In this document: positions 1-14,029 of the stretch, in pieces | Position numbering within the stretch: the stretch's first letter is position 1 | How the letters are laid out: each line of letters begins with the position of its first letter | DNA from: the human T2T-CHM13v2.0 reference genome, Homo sapiens | Strand: one strand, 5' to 3' | NCBI RefSeq assembly: GCF_009914755.1 | Contig: NC_060932.1 | DNA: 64,000 bases | Translations under genes and position numbers: made by a program | The notes under the pieces: generated by a model | Databases searched by the model: none | Told to the model about the DNA's origin: nothing | What the model saw: the letters and a program-made list of their open reading frames with translations, nothing else

Positions 1-1084
1 TACCCCATTCCCCAGAGATTCTGATTTAATCAATGTTGGTTCATCTCTGTATATTCTGTGCCCATTACAGTACCTGGCACATGAATATTCTCTAAATGTT
101 TGAAGGGGAAAGGAAGAGAAGGACCAGTGAATTTCCCTAAAAGTCAAGAGATGGAATAATTATGATGGTTCACTTTTCCAATAGCAAACTGGGAAAGCTG
201 TGTAAGTTGCGTGTTAGTGTGAAATGTCATTTCCCAAAAATATTGCTAGTCCTGGCCCTGTAGTTTCCTAGATCCTTCTATGAACATGTTAATATGGAGT
301 GTCAATGCAGACCACATCTGAAGGCTGAATGCTCAGTTTTTCCAAAGTTCATTACCAAAGCAGTGTTAACTAAGACTTTTAACAAACACAATTTTAGTTT
401 ATTTCTGTATCTATGCCTCAAATACTTTCTTGACTTCTAAAAATGATTACATTTTGTTTTATTTTCAGGTGAATGTTAAGGTCTTTTCTGTGTGAAAAGA
501 TCCTCAGGCTCAGGAACTCATCCATGACTATCACTATATAATACAGTCTCCCTGTTAGATGCAATGAAACATAACAGAAAAAATTGAAGTGTCCTTTCTC
601 AACTTGTTACTTGACGTGTGAGAAGAAAGCACAAAGCAGTGTTGAGGTGTAGATGGTGGCCAGTTGCCCAGGCTCACTTGTCAGCCAAGTAAGCAGGTCA
701 GAAACACAGCCAGGTGATGCAGGCCACTGTGATTGATGACTCAGCAACAGGGAAAATGCCAGATGTCACTGACCTCACATGTTTACTAAAAATTTGTCAC
801 AATCATCAAAGCAAAGTCTATAAAGCCCAAACTTACTATATAAAATTTATTATCAAAGTCCAGACAGATTAGAGACCCATATACCTCTAGTCTGTTTACC
901 GCTGAGGACAAATACCATGGTTTTCATCTCTATAACCTCTGCACCAGCCACAATGCCTGGCACTTAGTGGGTTTCCAAGAAATACTTGTTGACTGAATTA
1001 ATGGAACCTAACAGCCAGCTTGAAAAATCCTTAGTTTGGGATTATTCCATATTAGATGGCAGTTGAGACTCTAGAATATACCAC

Positions 1085-1625
1085 TGTAGCATAAATATTA
1101 TTTTGAGCTCCAGATATTTGAGAATAGGTGTTTTTTTGTTTGTTTGTTTTTGTTTTTCCTTAAGTCCCAAATCTGCTATAAAGCAAAGCCTCCCCAAAGA
1201 CCTCAATTATCATAAATCCCCTCTCTAGGAGTTTCACAACCAGGGAAGATTGACTTATCACTAGAGACTTGGAAGCTGACACCATACCTAAATAGACACT
1301 GTCACAAAACTGTCATATGTCCCATATCTCCTTCTAAGGGCCCATTTATCTTTTCTAAAAGTCATTTGTTTTCCTATGTGTCTTTTCTCCCTGTGACCAT
1401 CCCCTATTAAGAAGTTGTTTTTTTGTAAGTGCCTGCTCCGCCTTCCCTTGTTCTGTTAAGATGGTGTATAACCCCCCAAATCTAGCCCCCTCGTTGAGTC
1501 ACATTTTTCTGTGAATTCCTATATATGTATGTGAATTTTTTTAATTTGTCTTTTCTTTTGTGAATCTCTCTTTTGTCAGTTTAATTTGCAGGCCCCCAAT
1601 TACTAAACATAAGAGGGTAAAGGAA
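1085..1625 (+). mobile_element. ERV1-type solo LTR (MER34-group-like)
   Basis: TGT start, internal TATA-like gtataa, and LTR-like end tgtcagtttaatttgcaggccc...aggaaaagactttcctccc. Confidence 0.5.
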
Positions 1626-1689
1626 AAGACTTTCCTCCCTGAGAGAAGCATCATGGAAACCTTGATTTCTAGACTACCTCTCTCAGACA

Positions 1690-2062
1690 TTTTATGGTTT
1701 GGCTCTGTGTCCCCACCCAAATCTCAAGTTGAATTGTAATCCCCAATGTTGGGGGAGTGACCATGTGGGAGGTGATTGAATCATGGGGGCATATTTCCCC
1801 CTTGTCGATCTCATGAGTGAGTTCTCATGAGATCTGGTTGTTTAAAAGGGTGCAGCACTTCCCCCTTTGCTCTCTCTCCTGCCACCATGTGAATATGTGC
1901 TTGCTTCCCCTTCACCTTCTAACATGATTGTAAGTTTCCCGAGGCCTCCCCGGTCATGCCTCCTGTACAGCCTGTGAAACTGTGAGTCAATTGAACCTCT
2001 TTTCTTTATAAATTACCCAGTCTCAAATACTTCTTTATAGCAGTGTGAGAACAGACTAATAG
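1690..2062 (+). mobile_element. THE1/MST-family MaLR LTR
   Basis: atggtttggctctgtgtccccacccaaatctc ... tttataaattacccagtctc...tttatagcagtgtgagaacagactaata. Confidence 0.88.
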
Positions 2063-2494
2063 AGACATTGAAAATACCCAGGCCAGACATGTGAGAGAGA
2101 AAACAAGGGGTGGAGGTGAAAAGCATGAACTATGGACTATCAAAGCTGAAATAAGGCAAGTCTTGGAATCTAAGTCAGTGAAAGGATTCCTAATACACAA
2201 CACCCTTAACAGAACCAAAGCTTTAGTTAGCATCAAGTGGTTTCAGTTAATCTTTGAGTTTTTTTGTGCTTCCTCTGATGAGTCTGAAGGTTAAGTTTGT
2301 AATCATTAAACAGCCATTCAAGGAAACCACAGAATTACAAACCCTTGAAGCTGGAGCATCTAAACTACTAATACAACACGAATGTTCAAAGCTCAGCCTC
2401 ACCAGTTATTAAAGAGATGATCTTTTAAAGACAGTAAGAAGTGCTACGTTTTTCCTCTGAAATTGACATAGATTTTTTTAAAAGTCATTATCCA

Positions 2495-2837
2495 GGCCAG
2501 GCACAGTGGCCCACACCTGTAATCCCAGCACTTTGGGAGGCTGAGGTGAGTATATCACTTGAGCTCAGGAGTTTGAGATCAGCCTGGGCAACATAGTGAG
2601 ACCCTGTCTCTACAAAAAAAAAAAAAAAAATACAAAAATTAGCTGGGCATGGTGGCATGCACCTGCAGTCCCAGCTACTTGGGAGGTTGAGGTGGGAGGA
2701 TTGCTTGAGCCCAGGAGGATGAGGCTGCCGTGAGCTGGATTGCACCACTGCATTCCAGCCCAGGTGAGAGAGTGAGACCCTGTCTCAATAAAATAAAATA
2801 AAATAAAATAAAATAAAATAAAATAAAATAAAATAAT
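2495..2837 (+). mobile_element. Alu (AluJ-like) with (AAAAT)n tail
   Basis: Dimeric Alu. TSD GTCATTATCCA at 2484-2494 and 2838-2848. Confidence 0.95.
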
Positions 2838-5800
2838 GTCATTATCCATCATCGACAAGAATACAGTGAAATGGGAATGATAATGGGCACATAAACTGAA
2901 GAGCAGTCTGAATGAATGTATTAAACTCCTTTAAGATGTGTCTAATACTCATTGGCCCAGGCATTTTACTCTAAGGGATCATTTCTGAGGCAATCATCAA
3001 GAATATGAACAATAATTTACATATAAGGATGTCTGTCACAGCATTGCTATATAGTGGATAAACACTGGAGATCACCAAAATGTCCATCATGGAGAAGATG
3101 AGAGCTGAACCATCAAAGTTTGGGAAACAGGAAGAAAAATGAGTTTGAAACTTGAAGGAGAGGTCACATTTGGTTTGGAACATGCTGAGATTGAGGTGCT
3201 TCTGGGATATCCAGGTTGTGATATCCAGAGACAGGCAGAAATTGAGGCCTGATGCTTAAGGAATATGCAGGCTGGAGAGAGAGATCCGAGACTCAGAGAT
3301 CATTATCCTCAGAGAGGATAATGAGGCCACAAAATCACATTCTCCAGTGGTATTTAAGGACAGGGGGAAATGTTTAATAAACAAGGCTGACTCCAATCAG
3401 TATGCCCAATTTGGTAGAAGGAAACAAATGTTTACACGTTCCCCCAACAAATAAATATCTAGAAGGATAGGGAGCCAAATGTTAAAATTATAGGTGATTT
3501 AAATATTATTTTTCTTTATACTCATCTGTATTTTTCTTTTTTGAAAAAGCAGTTGATTCATTTAACTAATGCATATTGAGTGACTATAATGTGCCAGCAT
3601 TTTTTTAAGGTCTGGATGATAAGTATATATTGTTTTTATAACTTAAAAAACTCTTTTTGAATTGCTCATCTAACCATTGCCTCATTCACAGACAAGAAAA
3701 TGCTGACAATCCTGAGAGAGGAAATTACTTGCCTAAGGTCACAAAATCAGCCCACACAGCTCCTGAAGCCCAGCCGGGAGCTCTGGCAAGCAACAGAAAA
3801 GGGGATTTGATTTGCAACCAGGGTTTTTGAAGCACAGCTCTTCCACAAGTTGCAGAAGCTCTATAAATACAACTAAATGTGTGGTGTGCTTAATCACACT
3901 TACCTGCTTAATCACACACTGCCTTGTAAGTAATCCCCACAATGGCATTTTACCAAAAAGTTTCAAAGCAAAGTGTAATTTCCCTTCTCAATAATTTTGA
4001 GAACTTTTTGTCCTTTACAATAAAGAAAAAACAAAAGAAAAAAAGAAAAATGTGTTGCATGGTTTCCCAATTTTTAAAAAGATGTTCCTCCTGCCAGCTA
4101 CTGACACTACCGGGTTTTCAGTGCAACTCCACCCACTCTGACCTGCATACACCTCTGAATACAAATTTATGTATATTTGAAAACTTGCCAAACTCTTATA
4201 CCTCATTCTCTTATCACAGAATGTAGTAAAAGCAAAGTCACGATTCTTTCAAATTTATTGAATTCATACTACCCATTGAATAAAAAATTCCATTGTCCTT
4301 CCTCATAGATATTGAATTATCTGAAGACCACTGTACATCTGGTATAGACCAACAAAATGAAATATGATTTCTTTAAAGCAGAACATTATTTCCATTAGTT
4401 ACTTCAGAAAGCTTTTACCTGTAATTAAGCTAATCAATTATAGGCTTTAAACCAATCTCTGACATGAATTAGATTTACAAAATAAATAACCTTTAGTTAA
4501 TGTATATTCATTTTTAAAATTGAGTCCCATCACAATCTAGTGATCGATAAATAGAGTACCACAAATAATATCCTTTTGTATTTGTCAGGTATTATAAATG
4601 ATCAGCCTGCTGGATGTAGAATGCAAACAGCTATTGGTCTAAACTTTAGGGGCCCATTTCCTGAAAGTATAATATATCATTTTTACTTTATGCTTTTTCT
4701 GTACTTAAGGTCCATTTCTGTACCCTTACAAATGATATGGCTATAAATGTATGTATTATACAAATGCCTTATAAACTGAATACCTGCAGTGTGTACTTAT
4801 TTTGATAACCTTAACTGCCTCTAGCTTTAGGAAAGTGAAGAGTTACTGTCTTTTCTAAAGACGGCTCTGCTCTATTTTTGAGAAAAGATGCCTCGCATTA
4901 AAATGCAACTTATATGGCTCTGTCATCTATCACTTGCCACCCTGACAAATCTGAACATTATATGTTTTTTCAAAAGAACAGACTCTAATAGGTAACAGCT
5001 TTAGCGACGGGGTCAGGCAGTACTAAATTTGAAGAGCCACTCAGTGAGTTACAGCCCTAGGTGTACAACCTTAGGCAGGTAGCTTAAGCTTCAATTTCCT
5101 CAATTGTAAAAAAGTAGACAATGGCATCTGGGATTTTTGGAAGATAATGCACAACTTAGGGCATTGGCTGGTATGTACTTGATAAAATAGATGTTACTTA
5201 AAGGTATAATAGGAAGATGTTTTTCAAGTTTAACATATCATACAACCAGTATTTACAAAAGGCCTATCTTTGTCTCTAGCTCCCCAAAACAAACACCCAC
5301 CAGCGTTGCTTTGGGGATTATTGCAAAGGCCAGGAAAGAAGACAAAATAACTCTATAATGCCTTTCTTTCAGAATTCAGGTCAATACTGTAATGTTTATG
5401 TTTATCTATATTTCCCCATCTGGTTCACTTTATGAAGCCTCAGCTGTTTCGGGGGGTGGGAGTGGTTACCTCTTGGGATCCAACCAACTGACTCTGAACT
5501 AGACTATTGCAACACAGCCCCTTTGTAAGTACTGTTTAATATTCAACAGGAATTTGGTATTTGCTAAACCTTTGACCTTAATATCTCTGACCGTATCATT
5601 TTTTGTTTAAGATCCTAAGCTCATGAAGAACATGTTTTTGTTTAATGTTTTCACAACCTTTAAGTACAGAAAGGCTTAGAGGATCAGCTGGTGGATAAAT
5701 CCTTTGAGATGTTGACAACAGACTATACGCCATAAGGACCTACATTCTCAGTTAAGAATTATAAATCTCTCTGAACTAGAGAATCCCAGAATGGCTAAGG

Positions 5801-7099
5801 AAAAGATAGAAGACCAAGAACCACTTCCCAGGACCTTGGGGCACGCAAAGATAATCTTGAGAAAGAGAGGGAATGCCCCTCCCCCACAGCATTCCACTTC
5901 CTCTTCTTTGCTGCTTCATCTGGAACCCTGATGGCAGAAAGAGAATGAAAGCTACTGCTCAGCTGTAAGAGGGAGAATGATGCTAGTGGGCAACTCATGG
6001 TCAGAAATAGCAGCTCCCCACCTTGCAGGTGGGAGTGTCCAATGGGATGCCCTGCCATCAGCAAAGCACTTTGTTAATGATAAGTCTGTAATAACAGAAA
6101 GGGCTTGCACTATGACTGAAAACTGCAAGTTCTGACATTTTAAATATAGGTGTACACACACAGACACATGCACAATATGATATCGATTATGTAAAATAGA
6201 GCATGCTAAAAAGCATAAAGGCAATACACCAAAACATTGGCTGTCACTGAGAGGGAGAGTATTATTAATGTTTTGCTTCTTTTAATTTTCCTATTATTTT
6301 TCCAATTGTTTCCTACAATCACATATTGTTTTGATAGCTAAAAAATTCTTTAAAATGGAAAAATAAGTTCATTCAAATTCAGTGCATATTACTTTTTAGC
6401 AAAAGGGAAAAATGAATAAACAAAACAAAGTTTGCTAATTTTCAAACCATACAACAATCTGTCCTACAAAAGACTTTATTGACATAAAGATATAGGTTGA
6501 TAATTAGTAATCAGGAAGAAGCTTTCCAAATGGTGATTTGAGCAGCCTGCCCAGATCCTTCTCTCTGGGTCAAATCTACCTGCCTTCCTTTTTTTCTGTT
6601 AATCATTCCAGTCAATTATAGAGGATTGGGGAACTTGGAGAGGGGGAGGTGTAAGGAGAGCAAAACTGTCAGAAATCAGTATATGAATGAAGTAGCTATC
6701 ACCAAAACTGCTTTGGAAGACTGTCAGCCTGTCCACAGTAACATGGGAATAGAAAGAAAGAGAGGGGTGGAGGGGGTAGTGGGGGGAGAAAGAAGGGAGG
6801 GAGCGATGGAGAGAAGGAGGGAGGGAGGAAGGAAGCCTACTATACACTGGACTTAATAGCCCAACTTGTTTCACACATCAAGGTATGGTCCAAGTGAAAA
6901 GCCAAGGCCTTTAGTATATCAATACATCTTCACTTTGGAAGGAGCCATTTCTCTCAAGGCAGCTCAAAACACAGGACTTAGGGAGGATGTGGGCTTTACT
7001 TTAGCCCAAGTGCTGAGAGTAGAATTTTTACTCTATGTTCCTGTAAAGCTGCTCTGTTAGTCTCTTGATCTTGTGTTGAGGAGCTTTGGGGAAATGTTG

Positions 7100-7281
7100 C
7101 AGGGGTGTCCAATCTTTGGCTTCCCTTGTCTTGGGCCACACATGAAATATACTAACACTAACGACAGCCAATGAACTAAGAAAAAAAATCTCATAATGTT
7201 TTAAGAAAGTTTATGAATTTGTGTTGGGCCGCATTCAAAGCTGTCCTGGGCTGCATGCGGCCTACAGGTTGGACAAGTTTG
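7100..7281 (+). mobile_element. MER30 (hAT-Charlie MITE)
   Basis: caggggtgtccaatc...ttgtgttgggccgcattcaaagctgtcctggg...ggttggacaagtttg. Confidence 0.8.
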
Positions 7282-7893
7282 GTTTAAGTTTCCTTTCATT
7301 GACCCAAACTTCTAGGCCTTTGTATCTAGAGAAACCCAAGCCTACCTTCACCTGGGGAGTGGTGATCTGATTACCCTCCTGCAACATCAGTAAAACTATG
7401 GGTACTCCAGCAGCAAGAATGTTGTGTCCCCAGCGCAAGTGGGATGGAGAAAAGAGCCTGCTGCGAGGCTGCGTTGGTGTGTGTGAGTGTTGCGAGATCA
7501 TTTCTGGAATACTTTCTCTTCTAAACCCTGGTCGGGGCTATATTTTTTCTACTGGGGGTGGGAGTGGGGGCAGAGGGTAGGGGACGGGAACGTGAACACG
7601 GTGGGCATCTAGCCTACTCAGACACATTACCTGCTACACTGCTCACTTTGAGTCAAGGCTGTAACTACCAGGTGAATGGATTTTTCATTTGGTTTTGGTT
7701 GGGGATAAAGGATGGGTCGAAATGGTTGGGAGAAATGGCTGGAAGTGCCTACTTTAAAAAAAGATTCTAAAGAATGTATGGAAGATTTGCGACTTCCACA
7801 GAACACCAATCAAAATGGGGTTGCGGGGAGATTTGGGGAGTAAGCGGTATAGAGAAATTAGGGTAAGGGGATGGCCTTAAACTCGTCAAATTA

Positions 7894-8535
<642 letters not shown>

Positions 8536-8571
8536 TCAGGCTGCAAATCCGGAGCCCGGCGGCCTGACGGG

Positions 8572-8577
8572 TTTATG
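8572..8577 (-). promoter_or_regulatory. DPYS: TATA-like box (CATAAA) of DPYS; implied TSS ~8545
   Basis: Minus strand GGTCATAAAC is a short AT patch in the GC-rich promoter, ~160 nt upstream of the ATG. Confidence 0.55.
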
Positions 8578-9914
8578 ACCTGGCCGCATATGCGGCTCCT
8601 CCCCCCGGGAAGGCTGGGCTGGAGCCCAAAGGCCGGGATTGAACAGGTCCGCATGGTCCTTGCACACTCAGACCCCAAGTGTTCTGCGCCCTGAGTTGAG
8701 GTATCCACCCAGGCTTCGGAGTCATTGGAAGGGAAAGATCTTGGAATTTTAAGAGAAAGGAACCTGCGTTTTTCATCATAAGATTAGGTGCTAAAGGGAA
8801 AGAAATCCACCTCACCCTTTCCCTTGGTTGGGGGTGTGTTTGTACCAAAAGACAGATCCAGAGGGAGAAAGAAAGCAAGAACCATCACTAGAAGCAGCAA
8901 CAAAAATACCCAAACCCACCCAAGCCAGAACAGAGCCACTCGATCTGGGTTTCCTGTTAAATGTTCTTAAGCGAGGAGCAAATTATCATATAATCCCAGT
9001 AATTGGCAGACACAGGGAAGGATCAGAGTAAAATATTTAATGTATTTGAAAGAAAACGACTTGGTGTCAACTATTCTCCACAGTTTAATGATACAACACA
9101 TACCAGCAAGTGTTTCTTGGAAAATAACCGGTACTGTAACTCTAAAGATTTAAATTTCTACTCCCAGCTTTTCCACAAAACCAGTTTAGAGATCTTCAGT
9201 TAAATCTTTTATTCTCTTGGTTCCTCAGTTTTCTCATATATAAAATTGATTAATACTTGTTCTTGCCTTCCATATTTGCTTTGAGAAGCAAATATGATCA
9301 TGGCTGTGAATACACCCTAATAAAGTGGGAAGCACCATGCAAATTCACTTAAATACTGGCTTTGTAAGGACTACAAAGCTTACCTGACTAGGGGGATTGG
9401 CTAGAGGGCTAAGTGGGAAAGATAAACCACATTTCCACCCTCAAGTAGCTAACAGCCAACAGTGACACACATTCATATTTCAATATATAAAACAGAACAT
9501 TCTATCTTTGAGAAGGGATAAAGATAAGAATTTAGAGGAAAGAGTGAGTTTATTTCTGGCTTAAAGACATCAGATATGGAAGATTTGTGAAGAGGTATTT
9601 GAACTAGGATACAGAGAATGTGAACACGCAGAGGTGAGTGGTGGGAAGAGGACATAGTGCTCCAGGTAGAGTGAACAGAGCGTGTAAAGGCACAGAGAGG
9701 ATGAAGGAATGCACTCCCTGTGGTTAAGCTATGAGGGATAGGCTTACACTGAATCCTGGACCATCCCTTTGCTTATAGGGGAGGAGGAGGAAGAAGAGAC
9801 AGAGTGGTCAGAGAGAAGGGAGACCACAGGTCTGTGTGATGGAAGGCAGGAATGCAGAATTTTAAGAAGGGCAACAGGATGGAATCTTGCAAAAGGGTTA
9901 TGAAGGGTCATGGG

Positions 9915-11240
9915 GAGGTGGGGTGGACATCTGCTGACCAGGCATATATTCTTGTCCTTATTCTGGTAACAGTCACTGGCATTTCTTTGGTGGGAAATCC
10001 TCTGCCTGAAGTCTCAGAACACTTGTTTTGGAGAAACTGATGGTGAGAGACAGGACTAGCTGGATTTCCTAGGCTGACTAAGAATTCCTAAGCCTAGCTG
10101 GGGAAGGTGACTACACCTACCTTTAAACATGGGGCTTGCATCTCAGCTCACACCCTACCAGTCAGGTAGTAAAGAGGGCTCACTAAAATACAAATTAGGT
10201 TAAAAGCAGGAGGTAAAGAAATAGTCAAATCATATATCACCTGAGAGCACAGGAGGAGGGACAATGATCAGGATATAAACCCAAGCATTCCAGCAGGGAG
10301 CGGCAACCCCCTTTGGGTCCTCTCCCATTGTATGGGAGCTCTGTTTTCACTCTATTAAATTTTGCAGCTGCACACTCTTCTGGTCTGTGTTTGTTACGGC
10401 TTGAGCTGAGCTTTTGCTCACCATCCACCACTGCTGTTTGCTGCCGTCACAGACCCGCCGCTGACTTCCACCCCTCTGAATCCAGCAGGGAGTCCGCTGC
10501 GCTCCTGATCCAGCGAGGCGCCCATTGCCGCTCCAGTTCAGGCTAGAGGCTCGCCATTGTTCCTGCATGGCTAAGTGCCCGGGTTTGTCCTAATCTAACT
10601 GAACACTAGTCGCTGGGTCCCGTGGTTCTCTTCCTTGACCCACGTTTTCTAATAGAACAATAACACTCACTGCATGACCCAAGGTTCCATTCCATGGAAT
10701 CCATGAGGCCAAGAACCCCAGGTCAGAGAACAAAAGGCTTGCCGCCATCTTGGGAGCGGCTCACCACCATCTTGAGAGCACTAAGAACAAAGACCTGCCT
10801 GTAACAATGGGACCTCTAGCTCTGCAACTGAGCTCTCACCTAGACTCTTCCAATCAAGGCAGGGAATCCTCAAACCACAGTGATGATACAGGGATGGGCA
10901 CATGCTCCAAACTGACTTCTCATGCCCAAGAAGTGAGTGCAGATCCCAAGACTTCTTATTTTTAGGTTGAGCAGACAAGAGGCTTGTTCTTTCCTCTTGG
11001 ACTTGAATTCTAGGGAGTGTAAACAAGGGGCTTCTGGGAGCCTTCTAGACAACACAGAGAAATAGCCCTTCTGTGAACAGAGCCAACACCAAGAACAGGA
11101 AGGAGAGACGGAGAGAGGCTGGGTTCTCATGACACTGAGTTCCTGAATCCCACCATGCCTAAAGGCCCCTCCCCTAGACTTCCCACTTTTGGCTTAAGCT
11201 GATTTGAGTCTTTTGTCACTTGCAGGGTCCACTGACAGAC
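9915..11240 (+). mobile_element. Old MLT1-like LTR split by the LTR17 insertion
   Basis: MLT1-like 3' end (ttttggcttaagctgatttgagt...tgtcacttgca...ctgacagaca) right of LTR17 and MLT1-like start left of it. Confidence 0.45.
10044..10806 (+). mobile_element. Solo HERV-W LTR (LTR17), full length
   Basis: Begins TGAGAGACAGGACTAGCTGGATTTCCTAGG, ends CCTGTAACA. 4-bp TSD ATGG (10040-10043 / 10807-10810). TATA GATATAAA ~10272 and polyA ATTAAA ~10354. Confidence 0.92.
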
Positions 11241-14029
11241 ACTGGGAAGATACCTTCTTCATGTTTCGAGACAAGGTGGCCACATGTGACCTCAGAGATG
11301 GCATTTTCAATAGTGGAATGTGAGGTATTATTATTGCCAAATCTCCTAAAGCTTCAGCTTACACAAACCTCAAAATAATTAAAAATTAGAAAGCATCAAT
11401 AATTTAAAGTTCCGTAGATTTGGCTGTCAAGCCAGGAACAAGAAACCCAAGGAGGTTATGCAATTATTGTCAAGGGACTTTTGTGTAAGGGTGAAAGGGG
11501 TAATTATAAACATAATGAAATTTCTACAAGCTGTACAAGTAAGCACCACCTTAGGAAAATAAGATTGGATGTCAGTGCAGCTGTGCCATCCTTTCTGAAA
11601 TTGTCCAGATTAATGATTTCAAAGGTTTCTTTTATCTTACACAGTTTACGTCGTGAAATGCCCTGTAACACAACACAAAACAAACTTCCCACATTTAATT
11701 AACTCAAACTTTTATCAGAAAAGGGGACTTGTAGAATGTCACCGAAGTGGGAGGAAATGGCTCATTGAGATTAACTGACAGCAATAAAAGAGAGAGGGGG
11801 GTAGTTTTAGGGATAAATGTTAGCTCACAGAACAGAAGGGGCTTTGCCCCTTTCTGGCCATCATTCCCGCACACTAGCTTGCAGGGCAGGTGGCTGAGCC
11901 TGGACAAACCGGCTCAGTGGGGGAAGCTTGTTCTCAGCACACACTCACCTTCATTTTCTTTGTCCTACACAGCCTCCTCCTTACCCAGACACTCCAGGCC
12001 CTCCGTGGGCAGTAAACAAGAATCAGGGGACACAATGTTGTCATTGGGAGAAAGGTGGGATGCAGAGCTCCTGCTGTTCTTCATTCTTCTTGCTGGGGAG
12101 AGAGTCAGTTGTATTGATGAAAATATCAAGGATGTCTGAGAACATATTACCCCTCAGAGGAATAGTTTTAAAGAAGCATTTTACAGGATGGTTACAAAGA
12201 TTGTCAGTGCTTAACCCATGAAAACACATCTATCTGGAAGTGTAGGTGAGGGTGATTTGGCAAGAAGAGCCTCCCATCCCTGCTTGATGGTCTACAGGGA
12301 GAGAAAGCCTGGAGGAGCAAGCAGGTGACTTCCTTCACTGAGTGGTTGAGATTTTGAGAAACAAGTCCACCAGGGTCAGTTGTATTTCAGTCTTCGGCTA
12401 TCCTGGAGGAGCCAAGTTTGCTTTCCCTTTGCTCCTGACCCTCTCCACTCCTACTAGAGGCTCCTGTGGGCTAGGAGAGGTTTTTAAGCTGTTGTTTCCA
12501 CCCAATGGAAGAGTTCTCTGGGGCACAGGGAAGGAATGGTGAGGGTGGGTGAGTGAGACTGAGCAAGGAGAGTTGGGCGTCTCAAAGCAGTGCACGTGCA
12601 CCAGCATCTGTGGAAACTCCTGTTCCCTGGACCACTGAGGGATAGAATTCCCTGGCAGGGTAATGTATTTATACTTGAATCAATGATGAAAGTTGGGAAA
12701 GGTAGATGGCATGGAAAGGGTGGGAGAAAATTGAATGAGGAAATAGTAATCTTATCTAATAGTAATCTGATGCCAGCTTCTGCTGAGAGCTTGGGCAAGT
12801 CACTTAATGCTCAGGGTCTCCGCCTCCTCCACAGCTAGGTTGGCAAAAGCTTGTGAGACCCACCCTTCCCACTTTTATAATTTTATGATTCTCTGAATGG
12901 AGAGTTCCTGGTGTAGTCCTAGAATTACACTCTTCCCAGATTCAGATGAGTGAATTGGGAACCAAGTAAAACTTGCCTTCTAGATTCGGAAATATGTTAT
13001 TCCTGGTCCTTCCACTGGGGCCAAGGGGCTCTCCTTGGAAAGGAGCTACATACAGAGTGTAAAACCTACAGTCATGGGGATGGGGCTGTGATGCTTGGTG
13101 GGACTGGTTTGAAAGTCCTCGGACTGAAAAGCAGGTATGGCATTTTAATCACTGCTCAGAATTAACATGCACGGTAGGCAGGGATGGTCACCCCTGACTC
13201 TGGGGGGCCATGGAGAGAGCTGGCCCACTACACAACCCCAGTGGATACTGTCCCTGAAGCACCGCTCCTGGGCAGAAGGAGAAAAGAGGTAATCCACATA
13301 ACAGTACCAGCGACAGTAGCTAAGATTTGTCCAGCACTAACATCAAGTTAGTACTGGGCCAAGATTTTTACGTGCAGTATTTTACTTAATCCTCACAATT
13401 CTTTGAGCTAAGTACTGTTTTTCCCTTTAACAAATGAGCTTTTTAAGGTCAAGTGATTTGCCCAAGATCACATGGCAGTCAAGGCCTTCCCTTCTGGAAC
13501 CTGTCATTTACCCACTATGCAACTCCACGCTCCAAAGCCATGTCCAAATCCTGGCTGCAGCTGGGCCTCAGATTACATAAATGAATCAATGATGATCCTG
13601 GAATGAAATCTGACATCGTGAACATTACCTTCAGACCTTGTTCACTTCTGTCTGCTGCTTGCAGGCTGGTTCATTTAGTCATCTCAATATTGTAGAGGCA
13701 GTCTATGTGTTTGCTCAGGTGATCAATGTCATCAGTGTTCAAAAAAATTATAAAGCAGTCCTTTTTGTAATAAATTAACAAATTTGGTGGGACCAGATTC
13801 AACACACCAACACTGAACTGCCTGGGGGAAGAACTTTCAGATATGCTATTGTGTAACTCCAAGAAATTCAAGGAAATACTTATTTAAAAGTTCCTATTTC
13901 CAATATTGTCTGGTATTACATGGTAGTGGTATTATTTTTTGGTTGTTTGCTTGTTTTTTGTTAAAGATATTCTGATGCTAAACAGGCAGTTTCAAGCATA
14001 TCCTGGAGAAGCTGGCTCTAGCAGTGTAG

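Noticed and set aside
6745-6835. Purine-rich GA/GGA tract
   Set aside because: Low-complexity sequence without a clean mirror repeat or other support for function.
8622-8664. HNF4-like sequences in the DPYS promoter (GAGCCCAAAGGCCG; GTGCAAGGACCA on minus)
   Set aside because: Plausible for a liver/kidney gene, but the matches are too degenerate to call from sequence alone.
11747-12838. Cluster of 60-130 aa ORFs upstream of DPYS
   Set aside because: No domain similarity or consistent exon structure visible.
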